Below, piece by piece: positions 1-8,961 of a stretch of DNA of 64,000 nucleotides. The notes beneath the pieces are model-generated. The model was given only the letters and a program-made list of their open reading frames with translations, was not told the origin of the DNA and made no database searches. Each line of letters starts with the position of its first letter. The stretch's first letter is position 1. The position numbers and the translations under genes are program-made. Source of the DNA: an uncultured Anaerolineales bacterium (GTDB taxonomy: Bacteria > Chloroflexota > Anaerolineae > Anaerolineales > UBA11858); assembly GCA_964453155.1 (NCBI GenBank), contig CAYVQU010000004.1, positions 1,958 to 65,957 of the forward strand. The letters run 5' to 3'.

Positions 1-389
1 GGTTGACGAGTTTCGTTCACGAGATTGGGGCCATTGTATCGGGGATTTTGTCAGTGCTGGCGGCCCTGATCGGTGGTTCCAACTTTTTGACAATGTCCAA
101 TTTTTGGTTTGCGGTTTTGGTTTTTGTCCTGTACATGATCTTGACCGGGATCAAGAATATTTGGATCCGTCCCATTGTCGTTGGTCGCCACGTTCATTTG
201 CACGCTGGGGTTGTCTTTGTCGTTGTCATTGCGGCTTTAATTTTTCATGGCGCGCTGGCGGCTTTTCTGGTCGTCCCAGTTTTGGTATCATTACTCGTCG
301 TTGGCCGTTACCTCCGCCGCCGGATTCTAGGTTTACCACCATTCCCACCCAGCCAAGATCCCTCCCAATATTTCACGTTATCTGAGTAA
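1..389 (+). CDS. AI-2E family (PerM-like) transporter, C-terminal fragment; 5' end is outside the window
   Basis: The ORF is open to the left window edge (frame of nt 3). The multi-TM tail ...[27 protein letters not shown]... resembles the conserved C-terminal core of AI-2E/UPF0118 permeases. Confidence 0.6.
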   Translation, partial: LTSFVHEIGAIVSGILSVLAALIGGSNFLTMSNFWFAVLVFVLYMILTGIKNIWIRPIVVGRHVHLHAGVVFVVVIAALIFHGALAAFLVVPVLVSLLVVGRYLRRRILGLPPFPPSQDPSQYFTLSE

Positions 390-403
390 CCACAGGACAA
401 AAT

Positions 404-1336
404 ATGCCCAAATTTTCCATTATTGCCCCCATCTATAATGAAGCTGGCAATATCCCCGAACTCTATCCCCGTATCAAAGAAGTTATGGCTGCCACTGGTG
501 AAACCTGGGAGCTGGTCACCGTTGATGATGGTTCGACAGACGGGTCGACCGAAATGCTCCGGGAGCTTCATGCTCAAGACCCGCGCGTGCGTCCGATCAT
601 ATTTGCCCGCAATTTTGGGCATCAGATCGCGGTGACGGCTGGGTTGGATTACGCCCGCGGCGACGCGGTGGTCATCATTGATGCTGATTTGCAAGATCCA
701 CCGGAAGTAATCTTGGATATGATTGCCAAATGGCGGGAAGGCTACAAGGTTGTCTACGCCGTCCGCTCTGAACGGGAAGGGGAGTCCTGGTTTAAAGAAT
801 TTACTGCTGCTTTGTTTTACCGCCTGATCTATCGCATCACCGATGTGGATATCCCCCTCGATACGGGCGATTTCCGGCTTTTAGATCGCAAAGTTGTCGA
901 TGTCATGGGCCAGATGCGTGAGCGCCATCGCTTCTTGCGGGGAATGTCGGTCTGGGTGGGGTTCCGTCAAACCGGCGTGGAATATAAACGGGCAGCCCGG
1001 TTCGCGGGTGAAACGAAATACCCGCTCAAGAACATGATCAAATTTGCCACCGATGCGATTACCAGTTTTTCGTATTTCCCATTGCAGGTGGCGATGTATT
1101 TGGGGTTTGTTTCAGCCGGAATCAGTATTCTGGTGATCCCGATTGTGATTGCACTACGGTTGGCAGGGAATCAAGCTTTCTTTGGTCAGGCATCTACTTT
1201 GATTGCGGTATTATTTTTAGGTGGGGTTCAGCTTATTTCTTTAGGGATATTGGGGGAATATATCGGGCGACTATACGATGAAGCTAAGGGACGCCCTCTC
1301 TACATCGTTGCTGAGGCCCCCAACGAAGAAGTCTAA
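404..1336 (+). CDS. Family 2 glycosyltransferase, polyprenol-phosphate sugar transferase type (GtrB/ArnC/DPM1-like)
   Basis: GT-A motifs [18 protein letters not shown] and IDADLQDP (DxD), followed by two C-terminal TM helices. A start at 404 leaves only 14 nt after the upstream gene. Confidence 0.8.
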   Translation: MPKFSIIAPIYNEAGNIPELYPRIKEVMAATGETWELVTVDDGSTDGSTEMLRELHAQDPRVRPIIFARNFGHQIAVTAGLDYARGDAVVIIDADLQDPPEVILDMIAKWREGYKVVYAVRSEREGESWFKEFTAALFYRLIYRITDVDIPLDTGDFRLLDRKVVDVMGQMRERHRFLRGMSVWVGFRQTGVEYKRAARFAGETKYPLKNMIKFATDAITSFSYFPLQVAMYLGFVSAGISILVIPIVIALRLAGNQAFFGQASTLIAVLFLGGVQLISLGILGEYIGRLYDEAKGRPLYIVAEAPNEEV

Positions 1337-1350
1337 TCATCCAAATATCT

Positions 1351-1394
1351 AAAAAAACAGGAAGGCAGGACAATTTTTCTTGCCTTCCTGTTTT
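1351..1394. terminator. Bidirectional intrinsic terminator between convergent genes
   Basis: CAGGAAGGCA (1358-1367) pairs with TGCCTTCCTG (1381-1390). It is flanked by an A-run upstream and a T-run downstream. Confidence 0.7.
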
Positions 1395-1412
1395 CCTTAT
1401 GGGGCTTGGGGT

Positions 1413-1871
1413 TTATCTTTCCTTGAATAGCGCGTTTATTTTTTGGTAGCGATACTCAAAAATCTTCTTGAGTTGGTAGCGAACCCACAGAGAATGCATG
1501 ATATCCCCTAATGGTCCAAAAGGAAGGGTATACGTGATCGTATCGGTCATATGGGTGCCATTTTCAGATTCTAAAAAGTGATGTTCGTGATGCCAGATTC
1601 GATACGGACCGATCCGTTGTTCATCAACAAAATATTCTTGAGGAATAACATGGGTAATTTCGGTCAGCCAGCGGGTTTTGACACCCGGGAATAACGAGAC
1701 GCGATACTCGATCATCTGTCCGGCGTGCATACTTTCAGCTCCGCCGCGCATAATCTCGAAATTCATCTCTGGGGGCGTCATCTCGGTGAGATTTTGGGGG
1801 GTCGCAAAATAGGTCCAAACCGCTTCAAGTGGTGCTGGAATAGTTTGTTCTTGGATAAGTTGGTGAATCAT
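1413..1871 (-). CDS. SRPBCC superfamily ligand-binding protein (cyclase/dehydrase-like)
   Basis: 152-aa ORF. The N-terminal 'IPAPLEAVWTYFATPQNL' and the W..HEH segment are typical of SRPBCC/START-like domains. Confidence 0.6.
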   Translation of the reverse strand: MIHQLIQEQTIPAPLEAVWTYFATPQNLTEMTPPEMNFEIMRGGAESMHAGQMIEYRVSLFPGVKTRWLTEITHVIPQEYFVDEQRIGPYRIWHHEHHFLESENGTHMTDTITYTLPFGPLGDIMHSLWVRYQLKKIFEYRYQKINALFKER

Positions 1872-1905
1872 AATTTTTTAAATTGAAATGTAAAAAGGTG
1901 ACATC

Positions 1906-1982
1906 CTGAGTAGGTTCGCAGGACCATATCGAAGGGTGTGGCTCTCCGAAAAACCACCCTTCGATACGCTTTCGCTACTCAG
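1906..1982. repeat. 77-nt nested inverted-repeat element (outer 8-bp stem, inner 11-bp stem)
   Basis: CTGAGTAG (1906-1913) pairs with CTACTCAG (1975-1982). These enclose ATCGAAGGGTG (1928-1938) pairing with CACCCTTCGAT (1955-1965). A related copy lies at 62380-62412. Confidence 0.6.
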
Positions 1983-2063
1983 AGCCTGCACTGAACGCAG
2001 TCGAAGTGATGATTTTTCTAGCTCACTCTGTATATCGCGCGTAACACAAGTTAGTAAGAATAA

Positions 2064-2606
2064 TTAATCTTCGTCCAAAATTAAAGGCATTTGGGCAGCT
2101 AATTTATAATTTATCCAAACCAACAAGGGCATGACCAATCCCCAAATAACCGCCAGAATGATCAAACCGGATATCTCACCGAAGGGAAAAGTCGCAGCCC
2201 CAAAGGCAGCTCCGGCCCGATAACTCAAAGGTCCAAAAATTCCGCCCAGGAGGGCAGCCAGTAAATAGCGATTATTCAGCCATTGCAGCGAGCTGTTCAA
2301 AGCTGTTGCAAACAAAACCCACATGGCGACAATCCAGGCCGGAGCCAGCCAGGGGAGGGCGGCGTAGTCAGCGGCATAATTTACCAACCCAGTGATTTTT
2401 TGGAGGCTGTCTACGATCATACCTATCAAGGCAACGAGGACTATGAAAATGGCTTCTCGTTGCCGTTCTCTACTCCAGTAGAGATGAATCCCCATATGGA
2501 TCAAAACCACCCCCGGCCCCAACCACGGATACCCATTCCCCGCGCCCCAGGCACAGGCCAGCCACCCAAGCTGTAATCCTAGATAATTTACGATTCCCCT
2601 AAGCAT
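2064..2606 (-). CDS. DUF2878-like integral membrane protein
   Basis: 180 aa and multi-TM. The N-terminal 'NYLGLQLGWLACAWGAGNGYPWLG' matches my memory of DUF2878. It overlaps the upstream gene by 8 nt. Confidence 0.55.
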   Translation of the reverse strand: MLRGIVNYLGLQLGWLACAWGAGNGYPWLGPGVVLIHMGIHLYWSRERQREAIFIVLVALIGMIVDSLQKITGLVNYAADYAALPWLAPAWIVAMWVLFATALNSSLQWLNNRYLLAALLGGIFGPLSYRAGAAFGAATFPFGEISGLIILAVIWGLVMPLLVWINYKLAAQMPLILDED

Positions 2607-2925
2607 TTTTTCCTAGCCAGAACTTGCGCCAGTCACCGTTACTGGTTTGGAGTGCAAGAAAAGTGTACAGTGCGCCGGTGAAGAATCCCAGGATCATCAT
2701 CCCGACGACCCACAGGATTGTGGCCGGGATCGATTTCTCGCGGTAGATGATCCACCCTGAAAACAGGATGAAACCAGTGTACAAATCCACCAGCGAGACA
2801 AGGCCCCACGGCATTTGCATTAATTGGCTGCCTTCACCTGAAAAATCGCCGATTGTAAATCCATAAATTAATACCGCGGTCATTGCCAGGACACCCAGAA
2901 AGGCGATGGCTTTTGCTAATTTCAT
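2599..2925 (-). CDS. DUF1475-like small membrane protein
   Basis: 108 aa with 3-4 TM helices. The pattern PWGLVSLVDLYTGFILFSGWIIYRE is reminiscent of DUF1475. Confidence 0.55.
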   Translation of the reverse strand: MKLAKAIAFLGVLAMTAVLIYGFTIGDFSGEGSQLMQMPWGLVSLVDLYTGFILFSGWIIYREKSIPATILWVVGMMILGFFTGALYTFLALQTSNGDWRKFWLGKNA

Positions 2926-2934
2926 GATTGACCT

Positions 2935-3768
2935 CTATTTCGACAAAACCGCAAAACCTAAGGCCCCAATCCCTAGATGAGCACCCAAAACCGGAGTAAT
3001 CTGAAGCACCGGAATTTCAGCCTCGGGCAAATACTTGCGGACTTCATCTACCAGCGCTTCCGCTTCGGCCTGAACCCCAGCATGGACAATCGCGATGCGT
3101 TCGTAGGGGGCATATTCTTCCAACCAACTAAGCAGCCGGGCCAGCGCTTTTTTGGAAGTCCGGACTCGATGGGCGTTAGGATCACCCTGGTGCATATGCA
3201 AGAGCGGTTTGATTCGCAGAATTTCACCTAAGCGCGCGACCGCAATATGCATCCGGCCGCCGCGGCGTAAATATTCGACGGTTTTGAGGGCGGCAAACAC
3301 ATATGAACGCTCCATCTGGTCTTCTAAAGTCGAAATAATCTCTTGTATTTTTTCGCCCTTGGCTGCTAATTGAGCAGCTTTTTCGACCAAAAATCCTAAG
3401 CCCATACTCAATTGTCCTGAATCGAGAACGGTCACTGGAATATCTTCGAATTCATCGGCCGCAGTGCGAGCAACATTGACGGTGGCACTCAATTTCTCAG
3501 AGATATGCAGTGATAAAATCGCGGTTGCGCCTTTTTCGGCTAAGCTTTGATAAGTTTCAACAAAGCGATTTGGGCTGGGCGCGGCCGTTTTAGGACCGGG
3601 ATCATAGTCAGGTAAACGCGAATAGAATTCATCCTTGGTGATATCCACGCCATCTAGGTATTTGTCAGCACCCATATGGATGTGGAGGGGAATGGTTTCG
3701 ATATCATATTTGGCGATGACATCAGGCGGTAAATCACAGGTGGTGTCGGTCACAATTTTGATCGTCAT
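2935..3768 (-). CDS. degV: DegV family fatty-acid-binding protein
   Basis: 'IKIVTDTTCDLP' N-terminus and overall DegV pattern. The start is trimmed to Met8 of the ORF (ATG at 3768), preceded by GGGAGAAC. A consensus promoter lies about 50 nt upstream. Confidence 0.85.
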   Translation of the reverse strand: MTIKIVTDTTCDLPPDVIAKYDIETIPLHIHMGADKYLDGVDITKDEFYSRLPDYDPGPKTAAPSPNRFVETYQSLAEKGATAILSLHISEKLSATVNVARTAADEFEDIPVTVLDSGQLSMGLGFLVEKAAQLAAKGEKIQEIISTLEDQMERSYVFAALKTVEYLRRGGRMHIAVARLGEILRIKPLLHMHQGDPNAHRVRTSKKALARLLSWLEEYAPYERIAIVHAGVQAEAEALVDEVRKYLPEAEIPVLQITPVLGAHLGIGALGFAVLSK

Positions 3769-3818
3769 TTTGTTCTCCCAGTAAAGCATTTATAGCTAAT
3801 ATTACCAAAATATTCCAT

Positions 3819-3847
3819 ATTATATCGTTTTGTCAATATATTGTCAA
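3819..3847 (-). promoter_or_regulatory. Sigma70-type promoter for degV
   Basis: On the minus strand: TTGACA (3847-3842), a 17-nt spacer, then TATAAT (3824-3819). The -35 box lies in one copy of a tandem 11-mer TTGTCAATATA x2 (plus strand 3830-3851). Confidence 0.65.
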
Positions 3848-4090
3848 TATATTGGAAAGAAATGATTTTGGCGCCTATAAGTGCGCAAATGAAGTTAATC
3901 TATTCCCAAAGTGGATACTGATATTCGACATAGTTTTCATATGATTGCAACCTCTTCCGCCCCCCTCTTACCTGCGATATAATCCAGTTGTCTGACAACT
4001 TGAACGTTAGTTTGATGGTTGGTTCGTTTGACCATCATTATCTAACCAACCAACGATCAAACTAACCAACTACCAGGAGAAATTTATCCC

Positions 4091-5557
4091 ATGTATACTA
4101 TCGACTTAACCCTCCACCCCGACCGCCTCGAGCGGGCCGTCAACCTGGCTCGCGAACGGAAGATGATCATCCCCACTTACGCCCAGATGAAAAACCCCTC
4201 CTTGATCCCGGCGAAGAGTAAAGAAGCTTTGGCCAATGTCGGCCTGTGGGATGTTGATCCTCGCAACTTGTTCCGCATCACCTGGCACAATGAGCCGGTG
4301 GCCACCGGCGGTGGATTTGGGGGCGTCAACTATCTTGAACTGCCTCCGGAATTGACCGGTGTTCCCGCCCGGATCATTGTCCTCGTTGGTAAATGGTTCC
4401 CCACCGGGGCCCACAAAGTCGGCGCAGCCTTTGGCTGTCTCGTTCCTCGTTTGGTGACCGGTCAATTTGACCCCACCACCCAAAAAGCCGTCTGGCCCTC
4501 CACCGGCAACTACTGCCGTGGTGGTGCTTACGACTCAGCTCTCCTCGGCTGCGATTCCATCGCTATTCTCCCCAAAGGGATGAGCAAAGAGCGCTTTGAT
4601 TGGCTGGCCGGGATTGCCGGTGAAACCATCAAAACCCCCGGTTCCGAATCCAACGTTAAAGAGATCTTCGACAAATGCTGGGAACTGCGCGAATCCGGTC
4701 AAGATTTGATGATCTTCAACCAATTTGAAGAATATGGCAACTATCTCTGGCATTATGAGATCACCGGTCATGCCATGGAAGAAGTACTCCAGCAAGTGCT
4801 GGGCCCCAAAGACCGCTATCGTGGTATGGCCTCCGCCACTGGTTCGGCTGGGACAATCGCCAGCGGCGATTATATGAAGCAAATCTTCCCTGACAGCGTC
4901 ATCGTTGCCAGTGAAGCTCTCCAATGCCCGACCCTGCTCGAAAACGGCTACGGCTCGCATCGCATTGAGGGGATCGGCGACAAACATGTTCCCTGGATCC
5001 ACAACTCCAAGAACACCGATATGATTGTGGCCATCGATGACAATGCGGTGGTCAACATTTCCCGTCTATTCAATGAACCGGCCGGCCGCGAATATTTGGC
5101 CAAGCAAGGTGTTTCTGCCGAGGTTATTTCCCAACTCGATCTCCTGGGCTTCTCCGGGATTTCTAACGTGCTCTCCGCGATCAAAGCTGCCAAATACTAC
5201 GAGATGGGCGAAAATGACGTCATGCTGACGGTTTTGACTGACTCGATGGAACTTTACCAGAGCCGCCTGACCGAAATGCAGGCCGAATTTGGGGAATACG
5301 CCGAAACCGATGCCGCCGCCGACTTCGCTCGCTGGTTGCACGGCCAAACCACGGATAATCTGGAAGAACTGCGTTACACTGATCGTCGCCGCATCCACCA
5401 GCTTAAATACTTTACCTGGGTCGAGCAGCAGGGCCGCACCTATGAAGAAATCCAGGCGCAGTGGTATGATTCGGAATACTGGACCAGCTTCCAGGATCAG
5501 ATTCCAGAGATCGATGCCCTGATCGAAGAGTTCAACGCCAAAGTGGGGTTGAGCTAA
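4091..5557 (+). CDS. Fold-type II PLP-dependent enzyme (TrpB/OrtB-like lyase/thiolase family); substrate unknown
   Basis: 488 aa. 'PTGAHKVGAAF' looks like the PLP-lysine motif of TrpB-like enzymes. AGGAG lies 10 nt upstream of the ATG. Confidence 0.55.
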   Translation: MYTIDLTLHPDRLERAVNLARERKMIIPTYAQMKNPSLIPAKSKEALANVGLWDVDPRNLFRITWHNEPVATGGGFGGVNYLELPPELTGVPARIIVLVGKWFPTGAHKVGAAFGCLVPRLVTGQFDPTTQKAVWPSTGNYCRGGAYDSALLGCDSIAILPKGMSKERFDWLAGIAGETIKTPGSESNVKEIFDKCWELRESGQDLMIFNQFEEYGNYLWHYEITGHAMEEVLQQVLGPKDRYRGMASATGSAGTIASGDYMKQIFPDSVIVASEALQCPTLLENGYGSHRIEGIGDKHVPWIHNSKNTDMIVAIDDNAVVNISRLFNEPAGREYLAKQGVSAEVISQLDLLGFSGISNVLSAIKAAKYYEMGENDVMLTVLTDSMELYQSRLTEMQAEFGEYAETDAAADFARWLHGQTTDNLEELRYTDRRRIHQLKYFTWVEQQGRTYEEIQAQWYDSEYWTSFQDQIPEIDALIEEFNAKVGLS

Positions 5558-5583
5558 TTATGAATTTTGAATAGTGAACGGTT

Positions 5584-5611
5584 AATTGTGAATGAAAACT
5601 CATTCACAATT
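5584..5611 (+). terminator. Perfect 12-bp hairpin downstream of the PLP enzyme gene (no U-tract)
   Basis: AATTGTGAATGA (5584-5595), loop aaac, TCATTCACAATT (5600-5611). Confidence 0.4.
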
Positions 5612-5673
5612 CCCAACTCACCATTCCCCATTAAACTTCGGGCATCCTCATTGGCTGACTAAGCTGATGCAGG

Positions 5674-8600
5674 ATGCCTTTTTTGTATAGGGAACCATTG
5701 AACGAAACTTTTCTTGATTTATTAGAAGACCGCGTCTTACGGGAGTATGCTGGTTATCAAATCTACTCTCGTGGGGCGGCTTATTATCGGGCCGACCGGG
5801 TAGAGGTGGATACCTGCACCGATCAAGATTCGCGCTGCCGGGTGCGGGGGACGCGCTATTACTACGTCACTTTGTGGAATTATTACGGTGAATTAGGGGC
5901 TTCGTGCACCTGTCCGTATGCCGATCGGGGTTGGTTTTGCAAACACATGGTTACGGCCGCGCTGGCGACCCGCGATTATTTGAAGCGGTATGGTCATGAT
6001 TCTTGGCGTCAGGTATTAAATACAACCCTGGAATCCACTGGCAAACCGTCCAAAACAAAACAACATAAACCCTACTGGTTTTTCTTCAGCCTTCAAAGTG
6101 CAGAACAAGGATGGGAATTGTCTCCACATCGCTTGTGGGTAGAACGCGTTCCCTCAGGGATTTTACCGTCCGATGTTGATCAAATGGGGACAGCCCTGCC
6201 CGATTTAATCGCCCATAATCAATGGTTGTTGTCTCATATCAAAGATATTCGCGCCGATGTAAACCCAGATGGTTGTATCAATACCAATGTAGAGGCGATT
6301 TCTTTTGCTAAGTTGATCATGTCGCAAAAGAAACAGCAAGATTCATACTACGAGTATTATTATCGCTATAATTACCCGTTGGCCGAATATCTTTCGATCC
6401 TGGCTCAACTGGATGTGCCGGTGTTTTTGGGGAGTTATAACAATCCGATTCGCAAAAGAATTTATTTTAGTCTGTCGGTGGGGGAAGCTGCCCTGAATAT
6501 CGAGCCGGATGAAACTGGCATTCAACTGGCACTGAACCTCATTGCAGGCGGCCAGGTGATCGATTTAGAAACTAATTCGGCCCAAATATTGACCCAAACG
6601 GAACCTTATTGGGTATTGGCCGGAGACCAATTATTTGAACTTCAAAGTAGGTTCAGTTCTGATCGTTTAGCAGCCTGGCTGAGAACGCCTGAAATTAACA
6701 TCCCTCAGGAAAATGAGAACGAGTTTCTTGAAAATTTTTTCCCAAAATTAGCTCAGCAATTTCCAATTACGGGCGAACAGGTCAAGTGGGAGGAAGTTGA
6801 GACTGAACCCACCATCAGGCTGTATCTCACTGACGATCCTTCACCCGGCTCAGGATCGGCGAATGAGTTACAAGCCCATTTGCGATTTGGGTATGGTGAC
6901 CATGAAGTTACATATGATCCCAAATCTACTCCTGTTGGGGTTCGCCGCAAAGAAAATTCCTGGACTTTGGTGCGCATCCATCGCAAACTGGAGACCGAAG
7001 ATGCCGCTTATGGGAAGGTATCATCCGCCCATCATGGGCTAAAACGGGCAACCTCTAAACATCCGCCGAACGTTTTCTTGTTGCGGGCCAGAGTTGATCC
7101 TATTGATTTTCTCATGCGGCATGTCCCGCGGCTCACCGAAGCCGGGTATGAAATTTACGGCGAAGAGAAACTCAAATCGGCGCGCGTCAACCGCAATAAA
7201 CCTACTTTGTCGCTGAATGTCTCCTCAGGGATCGACTGGTTCGATCTCCAAGCTGTTGTCCAATTTGGGGATGTAGAAGCCACCCTGGCCGAAGTCCGCC
7301 GGGCCCTAAAACGCAAGGAACGTTATGTCAAACTGGCGGATGGTACCATTGGCGAAATCTCCGAAGAGTGGCTGCAACGCTATCGCCATCTCTTCGGTTT
7401 AGGAGAGCAAACCGATGATGGCGTCCGCCTCTCCAATCATCATTTAACTTTGATTGACCAATTGCTCTCCGACGCCGACCGCGCCCAGGCCGACCCGGAA
7501 TTCAACCGGCGCAAGCAGCGCCTCCTGGATTTTGAGGGGATCGCGGCCAAAGAATTACCGGCCGGTTTTACAGGTGAACTCCGCCCCTACCAAAAGGCGG
7601 GATATGAATGGCTGCATTTTCTCCACGAATACGAATTTGGCGGCTGTCTGGCCGATGACATGGGGCTTGGAAAAACGGTTGAAACCCTGGTATTTTTGCA
7701 ATCTTTACGAGAAGAAGATCACTCCGGAGCAGCCAACCTGTTAGTTTTGCCGCGTTCTCTCTTGGTAAATTGGGAACGTGAAGCGACTCGTTTTACGCCC
7801 GACCTGAAAATTTCACATCATTTTGGGAATGATCGGTCGCGTAATATCTCAAATTTTGATAACTATGACCTGATTTTGACGACTTACGGCACCATGCTGC
7901 GGGATATCGAATTACTAAGAGAATATAAATTTCATTACGTAGTTCTCGATGAATCCCAGGCCATCAAAAATCCGTTGGCAAAAACTTCAAAAGCCGCCCG
8001 CCTACTGAATAGTGATCACCGCTTAGTGCTAACCGGTACCCCCGTAGAAAATTCAACCTTCGAGTTATGGTCCCAATTCGCATTTTTGAATCCTGGTTTG
8101 TTGGGAAATCTGGAATACTTCAAGTCTGAATTTGGTAACCCCATTGAGCGCAAAGGAGATGAACATGCCTCCAATTTCCTGCGCAAAATGGTCTTCCCGT
8201 TCATTTTGCGGCGGACAAAAGAGCAGGTGGCCCCCGAACTCCCGCCCCGCACTGAACGGATTGTCTATAGCGATATGGAACCGGCTCAGCGCAAGTTCTA
8301 CAACAAAACCCGCGATTACTATCGAGCTATGCTGATGGGAGTCATCGAAGAGCAGGGGATGCAGCATGCCCGGATGAAAGTTTTGGAAGGCCTGCTGCGT
8401 TTGCGCCAGATCAGCAACCATCCTAAATTGGTCAAAGAAGATTTTCGGGGTGATTCATCCAAGTTCTTGCTCCTGATGGACACCTTAGAAACCCTCCAAG
8501 CTGAAGGGCACAAAGCCCTCATCTTCTCGCAATTTGTGAGCATGCTCAAAATTGTTCGCACTGAGATGGAGGCCAGGAATATTCCTTATACTTATCTTGA

Positions 8601-8961
8601 TGGCCGCACTCGCAAACGTCAGGAACGGGTTGACGAATTCCAAAGTGATCCTGAAATCCCATTTTTCTTAATTTCCCTCAAAGCCGGCGGGGTAGGGTTG
8701 AATCTCACGGCCGCCGATTATGTCATCCACATTGATCCCTGGTGGAATCCGGCCGTTGAAATGCAGGCCACCGACCGCACCCACCGCATCGGGCAAGACA
8801 AACCAGTCTTTGTCTACAAACTCATCACCCGCGGTTCGGTCGAAGAAAAAATCCTCCAATTGCAAGACAAAAAGAAAGCCCTGGTCGAGCAGTTGATTAC
8901 GACGGAGAGTAGTTTCTTTAAAAGTATTACGGCGGAGGATGTGGAGGTTCTATTCAGTTAA
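5674..8961 (+). CDS. SNF2-family ATPase/helicase with N-terminal SWIM zinc finger
   Basis: SWIM motif CTCPYADRGWFCKHM. SNF2 motifs LADDMGLGKT and VLDESQAIKN. Helicase-C region ...ATDRTHRIGQ.... The exact start is uncertain because ATG 5674 sits inside a hairpin. Confidence 0.85.
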   Translation: MPFLYREPLNETFLDLLEDRVLREYAGYQIYSRGAAYYRADRVEVDTCTDQDSRCRVRGTRYYYVTLWNYYGELGASCTCPYADRGWFCKHMVTAALATRDYLKRYGHDSWRQVLNTTLESTGKPSKTKQHKPYWFFFSLQSAEQGWELSPHRLWVERVPSGILPSDVDQMGTALPDLIAHNQWLLSHIKDIRADVNPDGCINTNVEAISFAKLIMSQKKQQDSYYEYYYRYNYPLAEYLSILAQLDVPVFLGSYNNPIRKRIYFSLSVGEAALNIEPDETGIQLALNLIAGGQVIDLETNSAQILTQTEPYWVLAGDQLFELQSRFSSDRLAAWLRTPEINIPQENENEFLENFFPKLAQQFPITGEQVKWEEVETEPTIRLYLTDDPSPGSGSANELQAHLRFGYGDHEVTYDPKSTPVGVRRKENSWTLVRIHRKLETEDAAYGKVSSAHHGLKRATSKHPPNVFLLRARVDPIDFLMRHVPRLTEAGYEIYGEEKLKSARVNRNKPTLSLNVSSGIDWFDLQAVVQFGDVEATLAEVRRALKRKERYVKLADGTIGEISEEWLQRYRHLFGLGEQTDDGVRLSNHHLTLIDQLLSDADRAQADPEFNRRKQRLLDFEGIAAKELPAGFTGELRPYQKAGYEWLHFLHEYEFGGCLADDMGLGKTVETLVFLQSLREEDHSGAANLLVLPRSLLVNWEREATRFTPDLKISHHFGNDRSRNISNFDNYDLILTTYGTMLRDIELLREYKFHYVVLDESQAIKNPLAKTSKAARLLNSDHRLVLTGTPVENSTFELWSQFAFLNPGLLGNLEYFKSEFGNPIERKGDEHASNFLRKMVFPFILRRTKEQVAPELPPRTERIVYSDMEPAQRKFYNKTRDYYRAMLMGVIEEQGMQHARMKVLEGLLRLRQISNHPKLVKEDFRGDSSKFLLLMDTLETLQAEGHKALIFSQFVSMLKIVRTEMEARNIPYTYLDGRTRKRQERVDEFQSDPEIPFFLISLKAGGVGLNLTAADYVIHIDPWWNPAVEMQATDRTHRIGQDKPVFVYKLITRGSVEEKILQLQDKKKALVEQLITTESSFFKSITAEDVEVLFS

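Noticed and set aside
4106-5398. Several 100-155-aa minus-strand ORFs inside the PLP enzyme gene
   Set aside because: They are antisense shadow ORFs within a gene that has a clear SD and a PLP-lysine motif.
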